64,000 nucleotides of DNA from a virus, in the IMG/VR virus record IMGVR_UViG_3300034683_000333. The stretch is one strand, 5' to 3'. The translations under genes and the position numbers were made by a program. This document shows positions 54,778 through 64,000 of the stretch, one piece after another. Position 1 is the first letter of the stretch. The number at the start of each line of letters is the position of its first letter. The notes beneath the pieces are model-generated. The model was given only the letters and a program-made list of their open reading frames with translations, was not told where the DNA came from and ran no database searches.

Positions 54778-57700
54778 TTACCGAATATATTTTACAGTTG
54801 CTTTGTATGATAAATTGGTACCATCACTTGTTGTCACTTTAATACCACCTATTTGTTTTTTATTTTTAAATTTACCCTTAATTTTTACCTTTTTAGCTGT
54901 AGTTGTGAAGAAACCGAACTTCGGAGGCTCCATTTGCTCAAATTGATCTTTCACGGTAAAATCATAATTATAGTTCCATATAGACAACATTTGTTTTGCT
55001 AACTTGTCGTGTGGAATCATTGGACCAATAACAAACAAGTAATCACCAGCTTCCCTATCCTATAATCTAAACGACTGTAACATATTTTTCTATTCTGGAA
55101 TAATAATATGTTCCAGGTTCGTATCAAGAATACCACCAAGCGGTGTATTCAAAGGTGTGTCAGATTTACGAACGATACGTACTGGAGATACTTGTAAATA
55201 CATATAAGTAGGATATTTGCGTGTCATTTTCAACCGCATGGTAGTGGAATCAACATTTGATAGTGTATAATCACAACCATTTACATAACTAGTCGAACTT
55301 GAATATCTGTGTGTATACGTAAAAGCAAACATATATGGAGACAACTTTGATGCATCATACGTTCCATCCATGGTAAAGTCCATGGTGACAGTAGACAAAG
55401 AATCCATGAAAAATCCATTACGAGCTTCGTTTTCGCTAATGTTGCTAGGTGAATAATATCCTATTACATGATCCTAAAAATTCCAATCAACCGAATTGTC
55501 TATGTAATCCAAAACAAGCGTGAATCCAAAAAGATCCAAACTATCAGCAAGATTTTCGACAGATTGATCATATTGTTCTGGTATCGTAGCAACATCCGTT
55601 GCAACGGTTGGTAAAGGTGTTTTATCTGAATGAAGAACAACATATGAAAATGGATATCCGGTTATGTCAGTAACAAAGTATGAAAAATCAACTGGTGTAA
55701 AATCTGGATATTTAAGTTCCGATGAAGCAAAATTATAAGCAAATCGATTATACTTCAAAGATATGGTACCAACGACTCGTGGTTTGGTTAGCTTATAAAG
55801 TTCTCGTTGAATTACATATTCATAATTCGGATAAAAATTATCATACATAGCATTGGAAAATGGAACAAAAACAAATTCAGTATTATTCTGCAAATCAATT
55901 GTTAATAAATTCCGTCCTTGTTCATTGGACATAATGGCTTTTGTTCCACCATTAGAACTAGCGTTACCATAAACAATTTGATCCTATGTAACCGATCCAT
56001 TTTTACACGAATCAACAAAAGCGGTTTCACTGTTAATATAAGCAGAACTAAACGGATTAAGTGCTGGATGAGATAAAAAGGTTTCTTTTGAAAAAGAATT
56101 TGAATAATCAACAAATGTTAAGTCCAGATCTATAAAAACATCATTGAAATTGTATAGATTTCTATCTTGGGATTGACTAAGTGTATATACTATGTAAGGA
56201 AAATAACCATCTACAGTATAGTCAATTGAATCGTATACATCATCTGAGAATACTATGGTATTGTCCCATAAATCATAATTCCAAGTCGATAACCAAAATA
56301 CGTCAAAATCAAGAGATACACGCTTCACAAATTCTGGAAATACGATGGATGTCTTGAATGAAGTGGCGTCCCAAAGCTGGGGTACATTGTATCCAACAAC
56401 CTTCCCTGAACGAGTTTTTTGACGGTTGAAATCAAAAAGAACGATCGGAAGACCATTGTGCCAACGCACCGTTGGATGAAGCGAATTCCAGAAAATGTAC
56501 TCATGTTCCAAATCAACATCTTCAAAATTTTCATAAAAGATCAATCCATCATAAATGTCAACCGCATCGCTTTCAAACAAAAGATGATTTCGTGCATCAA
56601 TGTATCTAAGTTGATCCATTTCCCTATCATAATAAACAATAAACTTTGGATTTGGATCAAACCAATATATTAGAGTTTCTTGTTGGGGTTCTGCAATTGA
56701 GGCATTAAAAGCCTTATACAATAGTTGATGATAGTTATGAATGTTGTCAATTGAATAACAAAGATGTCCATAAGTAGAATCAACATTATCGTTGGCGTAG
56801 TGATACGTGCAATTCACCTTATTGCAATAAACAATGATCTCATCAAATGTCTGCACATCATAATTATAAAAAGTAAGTGACAAAATGTAATAATCATCAT
56901 TTTCATAAAGACGATCCACAATTACTTCACCAAAACGCTTTACCAGTTCAATATGTTGATAAGTTGTGTCGTTTATGATGATATCAATGGTATGCTCATG
57001 TTTATTGATAATTACGTTTGTTGGTGATAAAGTAGAATCCGTATAGAATGTCATTGGCAACTTATCAAGATATGCTGGGTTGAATGTACCATCGGGGCTT
57101 AGTTCGCCACCATAGAGAAGATTATTGTCATAAAACTCTATAAAGAAACGTGAATCGTCGAGGTTTGTTTTATAAAGATTGTAAACACCCAATTTTTCAT
57201 CGATTATCGCATTCGCAGGAACATTCATTGAAAAAAGTCTTCCAGAAACTTCATTGTAAAACCACCAAATGTCCCCATATTTTGCCAACGGATAGGCATA
57301 AAGAAGACCCGTAACATCCCAGGAATGAGTCAAACTAGCTTGAGCTGATTCGTCGTGCCACCAAACGGATTTCTAGGTCTTATCAGTTGTGGCGTTGAGG
57401 TTTCCAAACACGGTGTGATCCTGAATGTAGGGAATTGATACTTCCAAAAACTTATCAAAATAAGGAAGACTCACGTAGACTAATGGATTACTTGAAAAAT
57501 CGAATGACAAATGAGAAATCCAAGGAATCTTCTTTGCAATCTCCCACTGAAGCGGTGAATGGATGTTTTTAACCACCAATTCTGTACTCATACCCGTGGA
57601 ATCGGTGACATCCAAATGAATGGCAAAATCATTCACCCGAGTAATCGTCGTTTCGACGATGTTTGACCAATCCACCGCAGGATTTGGCGTTCCCCAGTGA

Positions 57701-60700
57701 AAAACGGTTTCTTGATTTGTTAGATCATAAGTTCCAAGATCAAGCGAACCGGTTGTAAATCTCCTATACGTTTCTCGATCTTCGGATACAAGATCATCTG
57801 CCGCCTCCCACTTGAGCCAAAAATGCATTCTCGTCACAAAATCCCCCGTAACTTGAAGGGTCGTCCCATCAAATGAAAAGGTCGCTGGAACAAAATCCGT
57901 CGTCCAGTCGTTTGATAGGGTGGCCCATAGATGATTTCGATCGTCATTGAAATTGCAACCCGAAACGGATGTGTTGAGATTTGTGATGTCCACCTGACGC
58001 CAGTTGAATGCAAGCTCCAGATTGATCTTGGCATCTCTTAAAAGCGCCTAGTGAGTGGAATCGGCTGTAAGATCGTACTTGTATATTGCCAATTTATCCT
58101 TTTCAGTTCGATTGAACGTTCTGCCAAAACCCAACACCCAGTCGTTACCTTCGTTGGTTGTCCAAACCGTTCCCGTTTCCGGGTTCCATTGCTTTGGTGA
58201 AAGAACTGGAAAATAGATATTTGAGTGGAGAATGGGCTTTTGGACCAATTTTTCCGGTTGTTTTACTGGATATAGAAATTCATTTGTCGTTTTATCAAAC
58301 GTACCGGAAACGGGTTTTACAAGTCGTGTCCAAACCGTAGACTAAATTTCGGGGTCCTTAGACTAATAACCATACGGTAACAGCACAAAATCGTCACACG
58401 AAATGACACCATCGGTTTCAATTAATCCAACTCCTTCTGTAGTACGCTGAATCCAGCGCATATCATAAAATCGATTCGTTTTAAATACGTAATTTGCCCA
58501 TACATATCCATTATAGGACGCCGAAAAACAATCATTCGTTGGAACATAAAAATACTTCCACATTGCATTGTGATAATTTTCCAGACTAATATACGTTGAG
58601 TCAAAATTCTATTTACCAAACTAACCAAGACCACTTAACCACATTTCCTTCTTTTCTGGATGAAGTGTTGATGTATAAATCGTTGGAACATTATCAAGAA
58701 CTTCTTCATTGAGCAGTTCTGGAACCTTGTAGGATGGTGCGTAATAATATCGTTTTTTATCGCTAGCTTCGAGTAATACATATTTACTAATATCTGTTTT
58801 ATAACTTATTGTGTAATAGTTATCAAACTTTGCTCCTAGAAGCCTTGTATGAGTATTCACATCTAGGTGTTGTCCGTAAATAGAACTTAATTCTTCGGTA
58901 TAATAGGGCTTCCCATTTGTTCCTTGTCGAGATGAACGTAATTCCAATGTATTTTGAGTGTGTATAAGTAATTTAGGATAATTTATTGATAACCAACCAA
59001 AATCATACCGATCATAAATTTGGTATTCAGATGGATATGGAAATTGAATGTCATATTCATCTTTAAAAATCAAATCATAATTGTCCGATATTCTATCGAA
59101 CCTGGACAACCACAAATACATTCGATCCTGCGGCTAACGCTGTGCCATTAGAGTTCCATGCGCCAAAATCTAACTATACACATTATCATTATCTAAAACA
59201 TATTCATACTTTGTGCTGTTAAATGTTATTCTATTACCGATTCTTGAATGACTAACATTTGGTGGATTAGAAAGATCCACGATAAATTGATAAAGCGAAC
59301 CACTCGCATCAAAAAATATTGGATCTAATTCTATTGTCCATATAAACCATCTGTTTGTCTTGTGATCCTAAAACGTCTAGTGTTTATTATATCCTGTGTT
59401 ATTATAATTCCATAAGAGACTTTCATCACTAAGATAATAAGCATCTTCTTCGACCCATTCCGTACCATCCACAAGACTCATAAACACAATCATAGGTCGT
59501 TTGCTTTCTGAATAATAGTTATCTGTAACGTCTTCTGGGCCGATGAATACAAATTTTGTGTCGTCAATTTGTTCAAATGCCTCTGCTAACCCAATGTACG
59601 TATTGGGAATGTCTGGTAAATCAATCCAAGTTGATGTATCTAGATCAAAAAGAGCTAAATTCTAAGGCTTGGTAAATCCACCCTAACTAAATCGCTTATT
59701 GATCATGTGAACCTTATTGTTCCTAACAGTAGATGGCAACCACATCGTATCTGATGTATTGACACCAAGTCTCTCAACTGAACGGTTTTCTAAATCATAT
59801 AATAGTGTCCCAACCCCATCAGGATTCCATCCACCAATAGTACCCTACGAGTACTTACGGACAATTAAATATCTACTATTAAAATAAAAAATATTAAGAT
59901 TTGTCATTCCAGCATTATCATTTATCTAACTTTGTAATGATGTTCCGTCCCATCGAAATACTTTACCAGTACCTTGATCGTAGTGAAACAGTTGTGTATT
60001 ATCTACAGCAAAAACGGAATCCGTGAAAAATGAATAAAACAATTCGGAGATCTATGTATTTTTCTGAAATACCTTCAACGATGGATTATTGAATACTGTC
60101 TGGTCAGCATTAACCGTTACAGAGTCATAATCATATAAAATATCGTTTTTAAAGCTGTTAGTTATAACAATGGATGTTTCATCAATATGCGTCACATCAA
60201 ATGATCGCACATCATATTCAGGTAATTCATATCCTTTATAAATAAAAGTTGATGCTGTATAATCCGGTGAAATGGTTAATGTAACAAAACTATCAACAAA
60301 TGACTAATGTTTGGTAAATACGCCAGATGAATCAATTTGTAAGAAACCACGATTACCTGGAATATCCTCTTCTGCTACATCAAACTTACCCTTTAATGAA
60401 CTGTGAAGTGAATAGTATTCTGTATTATATATAAAATCATAATAACCAAGACTCTAATTTCCTGTAATATCGTTTATTGTGCCACCATAAATATTATAGA
60501 CTTGCTTATATGCTGGATTCTAATAGGCTGCTTGTACAATATATGGTAATGTTCTAGGAATAGTAATTTCTTGTACTGAATCAACAAAAATACTACCCAC
60601 ATTAATAAGACTCTTTCCAAAAATTGTAGGATCAAGTGAATTTATCAACCAACCACCGCTACTTTGTATGTTATAAAATTTTACATTGTCCCAAAAACGT

Positions 60701-62313
60701 GTTTCAACAAAATCATACGGACGAGATATTACACCGAATGGCGTCCGCTTGACACACGGATTGCTCTTTGACCACTGACCCAACGTAGCAACCGGAGCCG
60801 CATCATAGGGTCGGTTTCTTGAATACGTAAACGTTCCAACCATTGGCGTTCCATTGATAAACGAAATCCTCGAAACATCGCTCACGATTGTAACATCAGA
60901 CGAAAGTTTAAGCTTGTTACGATTGATCCAATAAATTCCAGTCGTAGTATCCACCAAAACATCTGTGAGCGAAAAAGTATCTTGGTCGATAACCTAATTT
61001 GAAATGGAATAATCGATAAGTAGGTTATTCAACGGATGAAGAATAAGCTTTGTTGAATCGATGAGATTAGAAACTTCATGCTGTAATGTATCTGAATTAA
61101 AAACTACCTGGATCGGCACATACCCCACAACACCGGAATTGAATTGAATCATCATTTGATAGCACGAAACATAAGTTGTTTCATCCGTGTGTTTATGTAT
61201 GTTTGAAGATTGAATTTTTATGAGCTTAGCTTGTGAAAGTAAAGAATTGTCTATAAAGTTTAAAACATTAAACGTTGTATCAAATGAACCGTTTTTTCCG
61301 GTATACCACTTATTTCTTACAGATTCGAAAGTTGATCGTACTTCACCTTCTTTATGTTCTGGAGCATATTGTAGTAGTAATTTGTGTGTTGGAATAGTAT
61401 AAATATCATTAGAATTTATAAGCGGCGGAGTCGATAAACCCTAATTATATGTTGGCTAGTCATTCCACGAATATCCATAAAATGCGGAACCGTAGTTTAC
61501 TGATGTACTATCCAAGCCTCGAATAGAATATTCTTTTGTTATTGGAGAATATTGAAAAAACTTCCAATTCCAATCGAATGAATACTTATATGTTCTTATT
61601 ACAAGGTTGGTAGAATCCACATACATATCATAGAAAACTGAAGTCACATTATTTGCTGGTTGTCCAGAAATGAGTGCAATGAATGATTTTCTTCGGTGCT
61701 TAAAAAGATTATAAAATTTTTCCTGAATCGTAAATGAACTCTTAATAATGTCGTTTGGTGGAACAAAAAGATGCTTAATCGCTTTCTTATTATATACCGC
61801 ATCCACAACCTTTGAAAAATCCGTGAAATCCGTTTCCAAAACCTTAAAAGAATGAAGAATCAATTGGGGTTTTATTCTTTGATGGGTTGAATCAATAAGT
61901 AAATCTTCTACAATAGGATCACTCACTTTAGCTAATACGTCATCGAAATTGATGGAAAGATTACTATCAAGATAATTATACCAATTGTTTACAAGATCTT
62001 TTCCATATTGTTCGTTACTAGCAAGATTATTTTCCAATTGGATCATTTCATCAACAAAAATATTATTTAACCGGCTTGCATAAACATTGAAACAAAACCA
62101 TTTTAACGAATCGTTTCCTATAGTCTTATAATCAAAGAGTGCATTCTTGTTATTTTCGAGTGTAAAATCACGCAGTGGTGTCTTGATGGCAACCCATTCC
62201 ACACCAGGCACGGCATAAATGGACTCATCAACATATTCTGCAAAAAATTCTTGTGTTTCTCTCCGCTAATCAATAATCTTCTAATCCAGGTTTTTAACCG
62301 AAAATTTATTCAT
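54778..62313 (-). CDS. Giant beta-rich putative tail/baseplate/receptor-binding protein, 2511 aa, about 27 in-frame TAG
   Basis: Hand translation from ATG 62313 (GCGGAG SD) to TAA 54778, using the ORF track inside its ORFs, found no TAA or TGA. Joins ten track ORFs plus about 1.4 kb with no track ORF (59122-60519). Confidence 0.75.
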
Positions 62314-62347
62314 AAATGGACTCCGCTATATTTAGGGTAGCATTCAT

Positions 62348-62358
62348 ACTAATTAGTT
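62348..62358. promoter_or_regulatory. Palindromic ACTAATTAGT, a bidirectional copy of the putative late-promoter motif
   Basis: Lies between divergent ATGs at 62313 (-) and 62393 (+). Confidence 0.6.
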
Positions 62359-62392
62359 GATATGCAAAACTACAACTCGGAGCAAAGACAAC

Positions 62393-64000
62393 ATGTTCCT
62401 AACAACGAAGCAAACTACATTCAATCAATTATCTAAAATTGAAACCGTAACATCTGTCATTCCTTCCAGCGTTTTTTATGACGATGTTTCAACCTATGGA
62501 AATATCATTCAATAGAGGGAAAACATTTTGAAAACTTATTTTGATGAAATTGTGCAAAACGGAGGAAGTATAAAGATTTCTAAAAACAACGACATTTATA
62601 TTACGAAAGATTTTGAATCACTCTACGAATCCGTTGCCACCATGTGGGACGGCGACTCGTGGATGGTGGACAAAGATTATTACTTCTTCAACGTAAGCAC
62701 CGACGAACGTTGGGTTCAATCCAATGCGGAATGGGAAAAATGGAAATCCAACCGTGCATGGAGCATCTTGGAACGCTACATGGACGAGGACGACCTGGAT
62801 CGAGCCCTCGTTGACTATGCCTATTATTTAACGAAAATTGACGAAATACGTGATGAAATGGCCGAAATTGTCTTTGGAGTTGAAACGCCACTTTATAACT
62901 GGCTCGAAAAGGCCATACCAGAAATATCCACCATGATTGATTCGCATGAATTGATTGAAATCCTTCAAACAATGAAAATCCGAACACTTAACATTTCCAA
63001 GTATACCGATAAGCGTTTCTGGTTGTTTGGTTTTCTAAAACGAATCTATCCTTTCATTTACATGAAAGCTGGGGAAATTAAACTTTTGGGACATGGTGGT
63101 CTAATTGAATCTTACGAAGATTTTACAAATAACGTAAATATTGAATCTATGAATCACCTTTATTCGTCGATTGCTGTTGACAAAAAAAACCTGATGACAA
63201 TCTGTAAATGGGTAAATGATGAATATTACCTTGAAAAACTCGGAAAACTAAAAAAATGGATGTTTGACGACGAAGTACGAAAAACCGCAATCGGGGACGA
63301 AGACATAATCGAAGAATCCGTTGAAGTTGAAAAGGAAAATAAAGGAACGTACATCAATATTGAAATGAAACTCGATAACGCCGCCGCAACGGCACGACTT
63401 GAAGAATTCCTCGAAGATACGTTCAAGGATATGGTTTGGATTGGAACAAAAAATATCAACTATTCGAATAGCAAAACAAAATACTTCGTAGATTATGGAG
63501 TAAACGTACCGATATCTCAGTTTCAAGTTCAGAAAAACGAATCATTCAAACAACGGGAAGGTATTAAATTTGTTGTTGCTTTTGTTTTTAGTTATGATCC
63601 AGATCTATTCGATTTATGGCAATATGTAAAACAAGGTCGATTCATCACATGGCAAACTTTTCCAATTTGGACACAAAAGGATTTTAATCTATCGGGGAAA
63701 GAACTTATTTCCTAGCCGCTTCTAAATAAACTGGAACTGCCACCAGATACAATGGAAACAATTGAATATGAAAACTGGTCCATGGAAGATTACGAGTACG
63801 ATACAACTTACATTAATGACGGATACATCAAAGGCGATTACCTCTATATGACAAAGCGAAGTCAAAAAACAAGCGCAGGATATCTTGGCTATGAAGTAAG
63901 TATCAAAATGAAATTACCAAGGAGCATTTATTGGAATGATGGAGCTATTTCAGTCATTACAAGAGATAAAATTTTTAATCTGCATACAGTTGTCTCTCTT
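62393..64000 (+). CDS. Large hypothetical protein (over 535 aa, runs off the window), 2 in-frame TAG
   Basis: GGAG SD and ATG 62393. TAG at 62513 and 63713. Frame stays open to 64000. Confidence 0.65.

Noticed and set aside
42233-62313. Mass pseudogenisation of tail genes, or sequencing noise
   Set aside because: Interruptions are almost all TAG, with no frameshifts or TAA, and reading frames, SD sites and terminators are intact. Random decay or error would not spare the early genes. A systematic TGG>TAG basecalling artefact still needs a raw-read check.
345-64000. TAG=Gln (table 15), the usual phage amber reassignment
   Set aside because: The diagnostic positions (HT*PE, paralogue *=W, CxxCxxV*, capsid aromatic column) need Trp or an aromatic. 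I found none that required Gln.
345-64000. TAG=pyrrolysine
   Set aside because: No pyl genes in the window, and TAG falls on conserved Trp positions. It cannot be fully excluded without proteomics.
1-64000. Suppressor tRNA(CUA), other tRNAs or rRNA
   Set aside because: No cloverleaf or T-loop (GGTTCGA-type) pattern in the intergenic regions by eye. A suppressor would have to lie outside this window; tRNAscan-SE or ARAGORN is needed.
1-64000. CRISPR array
   Set aside because: No regularly spaced direct repeats seen. The only long repeat is the duplicated omegaRNA.

Overview
This window looks like part of a large tailed dsDNA phage genome (AT-rich, T4-like head and packaging genes). It holds a tape measure protein, lytic transglycosylase, large terminase, gp23-like major capsid protein, protease-scaffold fusion, primase, SNF2 helicase, RNA ligase, uracil-DNA glycosylase, SAM decarboxylase and several very large Kelch/beta-rich proteins, probably tail or baseplate. 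The key observation is that the supplied ORF track is fragmented because TAG is a sense codon here. About 115 in-frame TAGs (hand count) join the fragments into intact genes ending in TAA or TGA. Several independent contexts show that TAG reads as tryptophan, not the glutamine typical of recoded phages: HT*PE in SAM decarboxylase, an ungapped *=W match between two paralogues in this window, CxxCxxV* versus CxxCxxVW, and an aromatic position in the capsid protein. TAG-rich genes are mostly virion or late genes, and most of their transcription units are preceded by a novel ACTAATT motif. TAG-free replication and accessory genes carry sigma70-like promoters. A 170-aa TAG-containing protein resembles sigma region 2 and is a candidate late sigma factor. 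The window also has three IS200/IS605-derived elements: an intact IscB plus omegaRNA inserted in codon 2 of a phage gene, an orphan IscB omegaRNA with a different guide, and a miniature TnpB-type element. No tRNA, rRNA or CRISPR array was seen. All joins and counts were made by hand, and family assignments come from recalled motifs rather than database searches.
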